NCBI GenBank assembly: GCA_965208125.1
Contig: OZ242320.1
Coordinates: forward strand, 1,920,001 to 1,984,000
Length of the DNA stretch: 64,000 nt
Source: Candidatus Latescibacterota bacterium
Lineage (GTDB): Bacteria > Latescibacterota > UBA2968
Direction: 5' to 3'
How positions within the stretch are numbered: the first letter of the stretch is position 1; every line of letters starts with the position of its first letter. Shown here one piece after another: positions 1 through 10,277 of the stretch. A program made the position numbers and the translations under genes. The notes beneath the pieces were generated by a model that was not told where the DNA came from, did not search any database, and saw only the letters and a list, made by a program, of their open reading frames with translations.

Positions 1-45
1 TTATTTTACCCTTGAGTTGCATCAACGCGAACAGGGATCAGCACC

Positions 46-1203
46 GTGATATTGCGACAAATCGCCAGAGAATTGGCCGCGACAGCAAACGAATTTCCCG
101 TAGTGACAATCATCGGTCCACGGCAGGCGGGAAAAACCACATTGGCACGCATGCAATTTCCCAACCACGCTTATGCGAACCTGGAAGCACCCGATATACG
201 CCTGCTTGCGACAAGCGATCCCCACGCTTTCTTCTCACAATTTCCCCCCCCCGTTATCATCGACGAAATTCAGCGCGTACCCGAACTGCTCTCAACCATC
301 CAGGTCCTCGCTGACAGCAACCCTCAACGCGGGCAATATATACTCACAGGCAGCCATCAGTTGCGTCTTCAAGAAGCCGTTGCCCAATCCCTGGCTGGAC
401 GCATCGCCCTCTTGCGCTTGCTACCCCTGTCGATATCAGAACTCAAAGCAACCGGCATTACACACACGCGCGACGAATTTATCTATCAGGGTTTTATGCC
501 CCGCCTTTACAACGAAAAAATCAATCCAACTCGCCTGTACCGAAATTACTGTCAAACCTATATTGAGCGCGACATCAGACAAATGATCAACCTCAGAAGC
601 CTGATAGATTTTGAGAACTTCACGCGCCTGCTGGCCGGACGCGTCGGTCAGATTTTGAATCTGAGTTCTCTATCTAACGACGTGGGTGTGTCGAGTACCA
701 CGTTAAAAGAATGGCTCTCCGTACTCGAAGCATCGCACACCATTTTCAGATTGAATCCCTATTTTGAAAACTTTGGCAAACGCATCATCAAATCGCCAAA
801 AATCTATTTTACCGATGTCGGACTCGCTTCCTATTTGCTCGGCATTGAATCGCCCGCGCTCGCTGCCCGGGATCCACTAATCGGCAATCTCTTTGAAAAC
901 ATGGTCGTCATCGAAGCCTTGAAAGCCAGACTCAACGCAGGAAAAGAGCCTGAACTCTACTTTTACCGAGACAACAAAGGCAACGAAGTAGATCTGTTAT
1001 TCAGGCAAAACAGGCAGTTAATCCCCATTGAAATCAAATCGGCCATGACATTTAATCCAGAATTTGCAAAAGGCATCGCACAATTCCAGAAAATCGCGTC
1101 ATCCGCGCAAAAAGGCCACATCATCTACGCAGGCAATCTCACACCCGAACTGTCCCATGCCAGCGTGCTGCATTTTACCAATATGGATAGCATCTTTCGG
1201 TAA
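46..1203 (+). CDS. AAA+ ATPase (AAA_14) with C-terminal DUF4143 PD-(D/E)xK-like domain
   Basis: Walker A GPRQAGKT, Walker B IIDEIQ, LAGR motif, C-terminal YFYRD..EVD..IPIEIK. Confidence 0.9.
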   Translation: MILRQIARELAATANEFPVVTIIGPRQAGKTTLARMQFPNHAYANLEAPDIRLLATSDPHAFFSQFPPPVIIDEIQRVPELLSTIQVLADSNPQRGQYILTGSHQLRLQEAVAQSLAGRIALLRLLPLSISELKATGITHTRDEFIYQGFMPRLYNEKINPTRLYRNYCQTYIERDIRQMINLRSLIDFENFTRLLAGRVGQILNLSSLSNDVGVSSTTLKEWLSVLEASHTIFRLNPYFENFGKRIIKSPKIYFTDVGLASYLLGIESPALAARDPLIGNLFENMVVIEALKARLNAGKEPELYFYRDNKGNEVDLLFRQNRQLIPIEIKSAMTFNPEFAKGIAQFQKIASSAQKGHIIYAGNLTPELSHASVLHFTNMDSIFR

Positions 1204-1299
1204 CATAGATGTGACCTGCTGAATCTGTTGTTCCTTCCAAATAAGCGACTTATATTCACAAAATTCCGGTATTTTATTCCCAAACAAGGACATTGGCCT

Positions 1300-3252
1300 A
1301 TGGAAAAAGACGCTTATGCCGACCTCACCTGGGAAGACCTTGAACACTGGGCGGGAACTACAATCGTCAGCAGGGGGCGCACCTACCAGCGCAACAATAG
1401 CGTCTCTGATTTGGGAATCACACCCGAAGGCACACTCATCGCCTATGTTCTGGGCAGCACGCGCTATGTCACACAAGTAGCAATCCAGGATGGGGACTTG
1501 ACCTCTGAGTGTACCTGTCCCTACTGGACAACTTGCAAACACGCGGTCGCCGTGGTATTGGAATATCTGATGTGTTTGAAGAACGATGTTGCAGTACCAG
1601 AAATCCCGCAAACAGACCCCCGCCCGGACAGGCTGCGAGAAACCGAGACAACCGGAGAAGAATATTGGGATCCCGAACTGGGCAGGTGGACAGATATAGA
1701 GGAACAACCAAAGGCCGAACAACAGCAGAACACCGAACCCCTTTTAACTTACCTCGAAAAACAGACCAAAGCGCAACTTGTAGAACTACTTGACGAACTC
1801 ACCGCCGTCTTTCCCGATGTACGAGAATTTATAGAGGATCGTCGAAACGTTCGCAGTGGCAATGCCGACACGCTGCACAAAGCGATCAGAAATGAAATAG
1901 CAGACATACGAGAACCCGATTGGGACGATTATAATTATAGAGGATATCAGACCGCAAATTTCGACCGTCTGCACGCATATCTCCAGGCACTTCTTCAAGA
2001 AGGTCAAGCAGACGAGATCGTTTATCTGGGCAAAGAGTTGATAGGTACCGTCACTTTTGCCATTGAAACCTATGATCGCGAAGGGGAAATGATTGACAAG
2101 GTCAGACCCAGCATCGAAACAGTAATTCAGGCACTGGCCTTATCCTCTCTACCTTCATCCGAACAATTGACATGGGTAGTGGATATAGAACTGGCAGATG
2201 ATTACGATCTTTGTACTGATGCATTGGAATCTTTTTGGAGTGATCGAGATACAAAATCCGACTGGAGCGAACTCGCCGACGAATTGCAGAAACGCCTGAA
2301 TAACATACCGATGTCCAAGGATGCTGACGGTGATATATCCACTTATCGGCGAGACCAATTGAGCAACTGGCTTATCTCGGCCCTCGAATGTGCTGGACGC
2401 GAGGCCGAAATTCTCCCTCTATGTGAGCAAGAGGCCGAAATAACCGGCGACAATGAGCGTCTGATCGATAGACTAATCGCTGAAAACCGCTTTGAAGACG
2501 CCGAAAACTGGTGTCACAGGGCAATTGCAAACACAGACCCCAATCACCCTGGCACCCTCTCGGCTCTCAAAGAGAGGCTACGCATCATCCGGGAAAAAAC
2601 CGGAGACCTATTGGGTGCTGCTGCCTTTCGTGCTGATAACTTTTTCAGGCGACCCTCTCTGCTCACCTTTCAAGAATTGTGCAAATCTGCACAAAAGGCC
2701 AAAGTGGGACCAGCGGTCGAAGCATGGGCGCGCTATTTTCTGGAAACAGGACACTTACCGCGAACAAAGGGCAGAAAGCGAAAAGGGGAACCGGATGACA
2801 AATGGCCTTTATCGTCAACCGGATTTCATGAAGACATTCGCCCTGCAGAGGGGCCAGTAACCCAAACACTGATCGAAATCGCCATTGCAGAAAAACAAAT
2901 AGAAGCAGTTCTGAAATGGTACGATCTGGAAACATCCCGCACAGATTACCGACGGGGCTATATGCCCGCCTCTTCACTCCAAATTGCCGAGATGGTAAAA
3001 GAAAAATATCCAGACCGCACCATAGAGATCTGGAAAAAAATGGCTGAGTCTGAGATCAGCCGTGTTGAAGTTTCCGGTTATCGGGAAGCTGGCACCTATC
3101 TCCGCGAAGTGCGAGACACGTTAAAGCGTCTCAACAGGGAAAAAGAATGGGAAACGTATTTGAGCGCGTTGAGAGACCAAAACAAAAGAAGACCGCGTTG
3201 CCTCGAAGTCCTGGATGGTTTGGCAGGCAAGCGCATCATCGATAGGGAATAG
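1300..3252 (+). CDS. SWIM zinc-finger family protein
   Basis: CTCPYWTTCKHAVAV (CxC..CxH) followed by a helical-repeat C-terminus; ATG 1300 after AAGGA chosen as start. Confidence 0.85.
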   Translation: MEKDAYADLTWEDLEHWAGTTIVSRGRTYQRNNSVSDLGITPEGTLIAYVLGSTRYVTQVAIQDGDLTSECTCPYWTTCKHAVAVVLEYLMCLKNDVAVPEIPQTDPRPDRLRETETTGEEYWDPELGRWTDIEEQPKAEQQQNTEPLLTYLEKQTKAQLVELLDELTAVFPDVREFIEDRRNVRSGNADTLHKAIRNEIADIREPDWDDYNYRGYQTANFDRLHAYLQALLQEGQADEIVYLGKELIGTVTFAIETYDREGEMIDKVRPSIETVIQALALSSLPSSEQLTWVVDIELADDYDLCTDALESFWSDRDTKSDWSELADELQKRLNNIPMSKDADGDISTYRRDQLSNWLISALECAGREAEILPLCEQEAEITGDNERLIDRLIAENRFEDAENWCHRAIANTDPNHPGTLSALKERLRIIREKTGDLLGAAAFRADNFFRRPSLLTFQELCKSAQKAKVGPAVEAWARYFLETGHLPRTKGRKRKGEPDDKWPLSSTGFHEDIRPAEGPVTQTLIEIAIAEKQIEAVLKWYDLETSRTDYRRGYMPASSLQIAEMVKEKYPDRTIEIWKKMAESEISRVEVSGYREAGTYLREVRDTLKRLNREKEWETYLSALRDQNKRRPRCLEVLDGLAGKRIIDRE

Positions 3253-3255
3253 ATT

Positions 3256-3297
3256 ATGTATGAGAGATGGTCCAAATCCGAGAAAGCCGCAGCCAGG
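3256..3297 (+). pseudogene. 5' stub resembling the N-terminus of FRP-like (fluorescence recovery protein family) small proteins
   Basis: MYERWSKSEKAAAR directly after the SWIM stop, then runs into an unrelated convergent gene; family similarity is from memory. Confidence 0.4.
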
Positions 3298-3314
3298 TGG
3301 GCATCGGAGCCGCC

Positions 3315-4052
3315 CTATTCGACCGCAAACAACCGGTTGCGTGCCGGCAGGCTGACAATCTTCGAGAAATGGTAGATCTGCAAATCGGGGTGGTCGGGAT
3401 CGACCGTGGTGGGCACTTCGATCACGAAATCGGCGAAGTACGGGACATTAAAAGCCACGAAAGCCAGCATTAGGCAATCAATGAGCCGTTCGGGACGCAC
3501 CGAAAGGTCCGGGAACGCAATCGGACCGGTATCGACCTGGTAGCGGTCGTCGTCACGGCGGGTATTCATCGTCTTAACCGGACATTCAATCAGTGCCCGA
3601 AGGCCGGTATCGTCGTTGCGGATCTCGGTCTGCGAAACCAGCGGCGCGAAGCAATACGTCTCCTCTCGGATCGCCGCGTTCGTCGGCAACTCGCGAATCG
3701 TCGCGCCTTCCACAAGGTGCAGGTCGTAACCGCCGAACATCTCCGTGTACGGGCGCGTTTCCCGATAGCGATCGCTGAGATAGGCCTGGCGCCTGAAAAT
3801 GAGACCGTACCCGGCACTAAAGATCGGCAGGAAATCGTAGTTGTCCTGTATAAACAGATCCTGCTCGTGAAAGGTATTCTCGCTCTTGCATGAGGCTGTC
3901 TGGTAGAAATCCTCACAGATCCCCCGCCTGTCGTCGATAACGCGGGTGCGCGACTCGATCCAGAAGCGCGCCTCATTAGTGTGCCCTTTACCGATCAGGA
4001 ACGAGCGTCCGTAATCCAGTGGCGTCATGTCGATTTGCGTATTGTCACTCAT
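3315..4052 (-). CDS. hypothetical protein
   Basis: 245-aa ORF, GGAGGA RBS before ATG 4052, visibly GC-richer than neighbours. Confidence 0.75.
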   Translation of the reverse strand: MSDNTQIDMTPLDYGRSFLIGKGHTNEARFWIESRTRVIDDRRGICEDFYQTASCKSENTFHEQDLFIQDNYDFLPIFSAGYGLIFRRQAYLSDRYRETRPYTEMFGGYDLHLVEGATIRELPTNAAIREETYCFAPLVSQTEIRNDDTGLRALIECPVKTMNTRRDDDRYQVDTGPIAFPDLSVRPERLIDCLMLAFVAFNVPYFADFVIEVPTTVDPDHPDLQIYHFSKIVSLPARNRLFAVE

Positions 4053-4151
4053 TGATCTTCCTCCGCCAGCTAAGCGCGCCGCTCGTCCGCCATATCCACA
4101 TTCCACGCCTCAATAACGATATCCTCGCAGCGTCGGAATACGGATCTCTCC

Positions 4152-4186
4152 ATTTCACACTTCCTACTTCACACTTCACCCTTCAA
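4152..4186. repeat. heptamer tandem repeat ACTTC(AC/CT) x5 (degenerate ends)
   Basis: ATTTCAC ACTTCCT ACTTCAC ACTTCAC CCTTCAA. Confidence 0.85.
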
Positions 4187-5167
4187 AAACCCCTGAACCC
4201 GCGGATGATCGAGCACATCGGTATTGAGCACATCCCTCGGCGTGCGACCTTCAAGCGCGTCAATAATTTGCTCCACGCAACACTCGTCAAGCCGAATAGC
4301 GGACTCAACGGTAATGCCCGCATTGTGATTGGTACAGATAATGCGGGGATGGTCTTTGTGAATCGCACGCGTCTGATTGACCGGATCATCGACGAGATAA
4401 TAATAGAGCCGCTCCTCTTTAATCGCCCGGTTCACCGCCTCGTCATCCACCAGATTGCCGCGCGAGGGATTAATCACTGAAGCGTGGGGTTTCATCGCAC
4501 AGAGCAAATCATAGGTCACAACCGTCTCATCGCCCGAAAGATGGAGAGAAATCGCATCGCATTCCTCAAAAAGGACGCGGGGATCATCGACCACCTCGGC
4601 ATCGTACTGCGCGGCAACCGCCTCAATATCCGGACGGATATCATAAACCAGCAAACGTCCAGAATCGCCCAGAAGCGGACGCGCGCGCTCCGCCATCGCC
4701 TGACCAATCCGCCCGAGTCCCCAGATCCCCAGCGCAGAACCCTCCGCGTCATAAGTCCTGATAATCTCAAAATTCCCCGCATGGCTATTTCGGTTCAAAG
4801 TATAAACGCGCTTCAGCGCGGCCAGCCACTGCGCGATCGCAAACTCGGCAACCGTAGCCATATGCACGGGAGCCACCGTCACAATAACACCGCAATCGGT
4901 TGCGCGCGGCACATCGACCTTTTCAAACCCCACACCCCACCGCGCAACAATGCGCAAATCGCGCGCCGTGGCGTAAAACTCGGGCGTAAACACCACCGAA
5001 TCCGCCAGAACACCCACCACACCCTCGGCGTGCTCGGCACCAAATTCGGTCTCATCGTAAAACTCCACCTCCGCATAATCGCGCAACCTGTCAATCGCCT
5101 TTGTCCGCTCCTCAGATGCAAACTCGGGACCCTGCAATTTATCTGTAATAAGAATTCTTTGACCCAT
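4169..5167 (-). CDS. D-isomer-specific 2-hydroxyacid dehydrogenase family
   Basis: RWGVGFEKVD, GIWGLGRIG Rossmann motif, INPSRG, NHNAG. Confidence 0.85.
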   Translation of the reverse strand: MGQRILITDKLQGPEFASEERTKAIDRLRDYAEVEFYDETEFGAEHAEGVVGVLADSVVFTPEFYATARDLRIVARWGVGFEKVDVPRATDCGVIVTVAPVHMATVAEFAIAQWLAALKRVYTLNRNSHAGNFEIIRTYDAEGSALGIWGLGRIGQAMAERARPLLGDSGRLLVYDIRPDIEAVAAQYDAEVVDDPRVLFEECDAISLHLSGDETVVTYDLLCAMKPHASVINPSRGNLVDDEAVNRAIKEERLYYYLVDDPVNQTRAIHKDHPRIICTNHNAGITVESAIRLDECCVEQIIDALEGRTPRDVLNTDVLDHPRVQGFLKGEV

Positions 5168-5197
5168 AGTATTTTGCCCTTAAAATAAAATTTACCC

Positions 5198-6085
5198 CTA
5201 CCCAATCAGCGGCAACAACGTCTCAGCGGTTTTCTTCACCAGAAAAGTGTAAAACGCCTCACTCAACAGACTGCTCCCGTGATCCTGAATAAATTTGAGT
5301 TCCTCCGGTGTAATATCAACGGGATTGGTCTCAACCGCATTGGGATATTCATTCGCAGGCGTCCGATCAATCGGCGCAACAAACTCCACCGTCAGCGCGT
5401 CATCATAACCCACCTCTTTGAGCGTCGCCACCAATCTTGCCCAATCCCAGTTCCCCAGCCCACACGCCATGCGATTGTTATCCGCCACGTGAAAATCCAC
5501 GAGCCGATCACCGGCATCCCGAATAGCCTGATACGGGTCCGCCTCTTCGATATTGATATGAAAAGCATCTAAACACACCCCGCAATTCGCACCCGTCGCC
5601 TCTGCCAGGGCAAGCGCCTGAGCACCCCGGGTAATAAAATACGTCTCAAACCGATTGATGGGTTCAATAGCGAGACGAATCCCCTCCCTTTCGGAATGAT
5701 CGTAAACCTCCTGCATGCCAGCCACAGCCCATTCCCATTCTTCATCCGGCGTGGCATCCGGTTCGATTTTTCCCACAGTAGCTGGCACCACCGTCAGCTC
5801 ATGTCCATTGAGTTCTTTAACCATCGTAACACAGTCCTTGACGTATTGCACGGATTGTGCCCGAATCCCCGCGTCTTTGGCCAGCATATTGCGGTCGCCC
5901 ATCATCAAAGTCACCGCCCCCCAGCAGCGGATATTGTATTTATCGAGCAAAGCACGCACTTCTGACGTATCATACCGCTCGGGCTCACCGCTAAGCTCAA
6001 TACTCTCGTACCCAAATTGCGCCAACCGCTCAAGCGTAACTTCAAGAGACTCCGACCGCATCCAATTGTGCATAGATAAATGCAT
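5198..6085 (-). CDS. sugar phosphate isomerase/epimerase (tagatose/psicose 3-epimerase-like TIM barrel)
   Basis: AIEPINRFE, DAFHINIEE, HVADNNR, TVE metal ligands. Confidence 0.88.
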   Translation of the reverse strand: MHLSMHNWMRSESLEVTLERLAQFGYESIELSGEPERYDTSEVRALLDKYNIRCWGAVTLMMGDRNMLAKDAGIRAQSVQYVKDCVTMVKELNGHELTVVPATVGKIEPDATPDEEWEWAVAGMQEVYDHSEREGIRLAIEPINRFETYFITRGAQALALAEATGANCGVCLDAFHINIEEADPYQAIRDAGDRLVDFHVADNNRMACGLGNWDWARLVATLKEVGYDDALTVEFVAPIDRTPANEYPNAVETNPVDITPEELKFIQDHGSSLLSEAFYTFLVKKTAETLLPLIG

Positions 6086-6906
6086 CAATAACCCCCCTGA
6101 ACAATAACATCTGGCGTATTTTCAACGCGCCCCCACCAGAGCGCCATATCAAAAGTGGGATCTCCCGTCAGAAAACGCCAGAACTTGATGCGATTCATAA
6201 GTTCTATGCGATGGCGTTGTCCGTGCCAGGGAATCTTCTGATTGAGTTTCTGTATGACCTCGGGACTATCCAGATCATCCGTATTCCACAAACGCTGCTG
6301 CCGGACCGTGGGATTGAGACGGAGCTTAAACATATACCGATCTCTATCCGTAAAATTGCTCCGCGCCGAATGCCATATATTGGTATGCCAGAAAAACATC
6401 GTCCCCGCCTCGCAAACCGCCTGCACCTGTCCTATGATATTTTGATAGCGCTTGATCTCGGCTTCGTGGACCCGGCGAAATTGCGTACCCGGCACAAAAA
6501 GCGTACCCCCGCTTTCCAGCGGCGTATCCTCTGGAAAAAAGGAAATCTGAATATCGAAATGCAAATCGCGAACATCGTATTCGGCATCCTGATGCAAATT
6601 GGCACCCTTGCGCGTATTTGCTGGCGTGAGATGCGCCGCATGGTGATCGTATCGCGGGTTGGGACCCACCAGACTGTGAATAATCGCTGCCACTTTGGGC
6701 AGGCGAAAAACCTTGCCAATGGCTTCATCGGGCCAGGCCTCGCTAAAAGGCGAACCCATCGGAGCGCGGCGTCTGAGCTTGCCCGTACTCATCTCTTCGT
6801 GTGCAGCTTCGCAGAGTTCACGCGGCACCAGATTGTCAAAACGCAGAAAACCCGTACTTGCAAACTGCGCCATTTCCACGGACGTAAGCAAAAGATTCTT
6901 ATCCAT
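6085..6906 (-). CDS. phytanoyl-CoA dioxygenase (PhyH) family Fe/2OG oxygenase
   Basis: LHQD...GGTLFVPGT...IWHSA...R motifs; start ATG 6906. Confidence 0.85.
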   Translation of the reverse strand: MDKNLLLTSVEMAQFASTGFLRFDNLVPRELCEAAHEEMSTGKLRRRAPMGSPFSEAWPDEAIGKVFRLPKVAAIIHSLVGPNPRYDHHAAHLTPANTRKGANLHQDAEYDVRDLHFDIQISFFPEDTPLESGGTLFVPGTQFRRVHEAEIKRYQNIIGQVQAVCEAGTMFFWHTNIWHSARSNFTDRDRYMFKLRLNPTVRQQRLWNTDDLDSPEVIQKLNQKIPWHGQRHRIELMNRIKFWRFLTGDPTFDMALWWGRVENTPDVIVQGGY

Positions 6907-7189
6907 TGATAGCCTCCATTTTTTCCAGGACAAATTCAAAATCGAGATAATCGTTTTCGTATTCGCGCCCAACTTGCGGTGCTTTGATAAAAGGCACCTG
7001 AATAACGCGCCAGCCATCGCGCATGGCATCCAGCACAGAATTATAAGGCGGCTCGGCATCTTCACCTGCAGCCTCAAACATCTCATCAGTCGTGCCATCG
7101 TAAAGTGACCAACCAACAACTTCACTCTCCAAACTGGAATTGCCCAGATAGAGAAAGAGAAGTTTTTGTCTCAGTTGTGTTTCAGGCAT
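6899..7189 (-). CDS. small conserved hypothetical protein overlapping the PhyH start
   Basis: 96 aa, PPYNSVLDAMRDGWRVIQ...FEFVLEK. Confidence 0.75.
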   Translation of the reverse strand: MPETQLRQKLLFLYLGNSSLESEVVGWSLYDGTTDEMFEAAGEDAEPPYNSVLDAMRDGWRVIQVPFIKAPQVGREYENDYLDFEFVLEKMEAING

Positions 7190-7209
7190 CCGCGGATTCC
7201 TTTCTCTTT

Positions 7210-7515
7210 TCACGTCTCATAATCAAACACCAGCACATCATCCACAATCGGACGTATAAAAGTCTGGCTGAGTGCTCTGTGATCCGGGTGTGGCAAATAG
7301 AAATCTCGCGCGGCCTCATCCGCAAACCGAATAATAAAACCCCAGTCGTAGCCGTAGTTTTTCCCCTCCGGACTGTTATTATATCCACCCGTAATCTCCT
7401 CCATACCGGGAATACTGCCCTTTTCTTTAAGTGCAATCAGACCATCGTGTAGCGCCCGGGTCTGTTCCCGCGTAACCCCATCTTTGAGCTTGAGAAGAAC
7501 AATATGATCTATCAT
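7210..7515 (-). CDS. Dabb family stress-responsive alpha/beta-barrel protein
   Basis: MIDHIVLLKLK...YLPHPDH...VLVFDY. Confidence 0.88.
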   Translation of the reverse strand: MIDHIVLLKLKDGVTREQTRALHDGLIALKEKGSIPGMEEITGGYNNSPEGKNYGYDWGFIIRFADEAARDFYLPHPDHRALSQTFIRPIVDDVLVFDYET

Positions 7516-7526
7516 AGAAAACCCTT

Positions 7527-9914
7527 TCACGTTACTGCGCGTTCCCGACGCAAATTGTAAACACACCACAGAACAAGCGCGTAAGCCACAGCGGCAATAA
7601 AAAAATTAACAGATATCCCAAATATAATAGAAACAAACACCGCCAGAGCAGAACACAGCACACCCATAATCCCATTCAGTGCCCAGAACCACGGCGTATC
7701 GTCTTCATAATTAGTCTGAACCAGACGCATACCCGTCGGAAAAAACAGCCCCATAAGCATCCCCACGGGAAAAATGACCAGAACAGACATCAGTATTTTT
7801 GTCGTCGTATCCTCAGCCATCATGTGGGACATCAAATAGTGGAGAACCGTATTGAGCGCAACAACACTCACCGCCGTTACAATGGGAAAAGCATAAACAT
7901 AGGGTCTTCGCGTAAGCGGAAAATGATCGCTTACAAAACTGCCCATACCCGTACTTGCAATAAGTGTAAACAGCAATATACCCAGCGAATAGATGGGATG
8001 TCCAGTAAATACGTTGAGCCGTTGAATCAGGGCAATTTCCACAAACATAAAAGCCGAACCAATAAGAGAAAAATACAATGCCCCGAACCAGAAACCGGGT
8101 GTTTGCATCAACGTTGTGGGTCTATGGGCAAGCCACAAAGGCACGCCGATCGTTGCAACAGCCAGCACTCCGAGCACAACCAAAAGCACCAGAAGCGTAG
8201 CCAGTGCTCTCAAATTCCCACTGAGAACACCCTCTTGACCTCGCAGTGCCGTATCCAGATGGCTCAGCTTCAACATATTAAAAAAATAGGGATTGTCATC
8301 CGTCGGCGGACTGTAGTCCAATTCAGCTTGCGCCACAGCCTCTGCGAGTTGATCTGTGGATTGGGCAGATAAAATCTGTCTCAAAACAGGTTCGGCAGAC
8401 AAGCTATCGGGCACATGCACAATCTGATATTGCAATTCCTCGCACACCTGTCTCAAACGGCTAATATCCCCCTCACTCAGCGGCTGCCGGCAAATCAGCA
8501 AAGTCGAAACATTGCCGATTGTAATAAGCGCCATATGATCAGCCGGTTTTTTTACCTTGAGCCGCAAAAGCGATTCAACGCCCAAACTCAACACCCGACC
8601 GGTTTCTCCAATATGTTCGGCACTATACCACCGCGACACCGTAAAAATACCGTCCTCTGTCAACCGGCTGAGAAATGTCTGCCAGGCCTCAACAGTATAG
8701 AGCGCATTTTCAGACAGTGAAAATGCGCCCGCGCCCGTCGCTGCCCAGGTATCGATCAACGCCATCTGAATAACGGAAAACTGCGCGCGACTCTGCGACA
8801 AAAAACTGCGCGCATCATCCACCACAAACGTCACGTCATCCCGATTGGCAAGCCCAGCAAACTCGCGAAACTCATTCTGAAGCAAATCGACAAATATCGG
8901 ATTGACCTCAATACCCAGAACAGCGTCGTGACCAAAAAAGAGCGCACTCTGAATATCCTTACCCCCGCCCACGCCAATAATACACGCTTTACCCCGTCTA
9001 TTGAGATAATACCCGACATTCGTAATATCATAACGCAGATGTTCAATATCTCTGAGTGAAGCAAACGATCTAATAGCCGTACCCGCTGCACCGTCAATCG
9101 TCATCCCGTGAAAAAAGATCTTCTCTCCCTCTGCTACGGGACTACCACCCCAGAGTTGCGGAGGCAAATATTGCTGGCGATAAACAACAACGCGCGAAAA
9201 GGAATTCCACCGTTCTAAAATTTGATCGCTAAGCCTTTGAAATTTCTCTTTCACAAACATCGGACGAATACCATAAGGCGTTTGAGCATTGGCAACTCCC
9301 AACACAAAAAACAGCAACGCGAACGCGATATAACGACGAACAGATCGAGATTGAGCAACACGGGCAAAACACGCGCCAGATAGCGCGCCAATGCCACTGC
9401 ACCACAACATCAGACTCGGCGCATCAACTATTTCGAGACCACCCAGAACAATCAGACATCCAGCAGAAGCACCTGTTAAATCACTGGCATAAAGCCTGCC
9501 AATCGGCGCATTGAATCGCGTCAACACAGTCGTAATAACAAGACCCGCATAATAAAACGGCCAGGCGCAGACCAGCGTTGCTACAAAAAGCACGATCAGG
9601 CTCAGAATACTCCTGTAAAACCCGATAGGCAAAACGCACAAAAGGATCAAGCTCGCGGGAATAGACAGCGCAAACCCGACACATGCGCGGATAATCGCTT
9701 CAATCTTATTCTCATCGTCAAAGCGATCTTTTTGTACATAGACCTGAATAGCCCCCGCCGTCATACCCAGCATGGCAATAGAAATAGAAAAAAACGCCAG
9801 ATGGTACCAGGTAATAACACTCAGCAGACGCACCAGAACAATCTGGATCGCCAGCGACGCCAGCGCGATCAAAAAAAGACCTGTATAAACTGCGATTGAT
9901 CGTTCGTGTCTCAT
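7527..9914 (-). CDS. membrane protein with central spermidine-synthase-like SAM-binding domain
   Basis: N- and C-terminal TM blocks, IIGVGGGKD, GIEVNP, DDARSF, PPTDDNPYFF. Confidence 0.85.
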   Translation of the reverse strand: MRHERSIAVYTGLFLIALASLAIQIVLVRLLSVITWYHLAFFSISIAMLGMTAGAIQVYVQKDRFDDENKIEAIIRACVGFALSIPASLILLCVLPIGFYRSILSLIVLFVATLVCAWPFYYAGLVITTVLTRFNAPIGRLYASDLTGASAGCLIVLGGLEIVDAPSLMLWCSGIGALSGACFARVAQSRSVRRYIAFALLFFVLGVANAQTPYGIRPMFVKEKFQRLSDQILERWNSFSRVVVYRQQYLPPQLWGGSPVAEGEKIFFHGMTIDGAAGTAIRSFASLRDIEHLRYDITNVGYYLNRRGKACIIGVGGGKDIQSALFFGHDAVLGIEVNPIFVDLLQNEFREFAGLANRDDVTFVVDDARSFLSQSRAQFSVIQMALIDTWAATGAGAFSLSENALYTVEAWQTFLSRLTEDGIFTVSRWYSAEHIGETGRVLSLGVESLLRLKVKKPADHMALITIGNVSTLLICRQPLSEGDISRLRQVCEELQYQIVHVPDSLSAEPVLRQILSAQSTDQLAEAVAQAELDYSPPTDDNPYFFNMLKLSHLDTALRGQEGVLSGNLRALATLLVLLVVLGVLAVATIGVPLWLAHRPTTLMQTPGFWFGALYFSLIGSAFMFVEIALIQRLNVFTGHPIYSLGILLFTLIASTGMGSFVSDHFPLTRRPYVYAFPIVTAVSVVALNTVLHYLMSHMMAEDTTTKILMSVLVIFPVGMLMGLFFPTGMRLVQTNYEDDTPWFWALNGIMGVLCSALAVFVSIIFGISVNFFIAAVAYALVLWCVYNLRRERAVT

Positions 9915-10277
9915 AGGCAATAGAACTTCATCCCTGATTCGTCTATGAACTGACCTGAATCAGTTGTACACCGCTCCGTCTATTCGTCCCCGAAGGTACA
10001 CCGAATCGGCAAACTCATCAAGTCCAATACTCCCACCACGCATATAACGGGAACTTGCCCATGATCAGCGATCAGGCAACAGCAGTCCAATCACTGTGGG
10101 AATATCAGCTAGAACTTCTTGCAAATGTTTTCTAACATTTTATATTAGTAAGTAGCTACTCATCATGAATAAATCTATTTGACTTTGAATTTCTTATTTT
10201 GCATTCTAAACAGCGAGGGTCGTGCCTCGGCAAAGACACGACCCTCAGAAAAGTATCTCTTTAGCAGGAGAGATGAA

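Noticed and set aside
46-3252. Named anti-phage system (ATPase + SWIM)
   Set aside because: Both families are common accessory genes; nothing in the sequence ties them to a defined system.
9921-10100. Gene remnant upstream of the membrane methyltransferase-like gene
   Set aside because: Coding-like composition, but no frame gave a recognisable motif.
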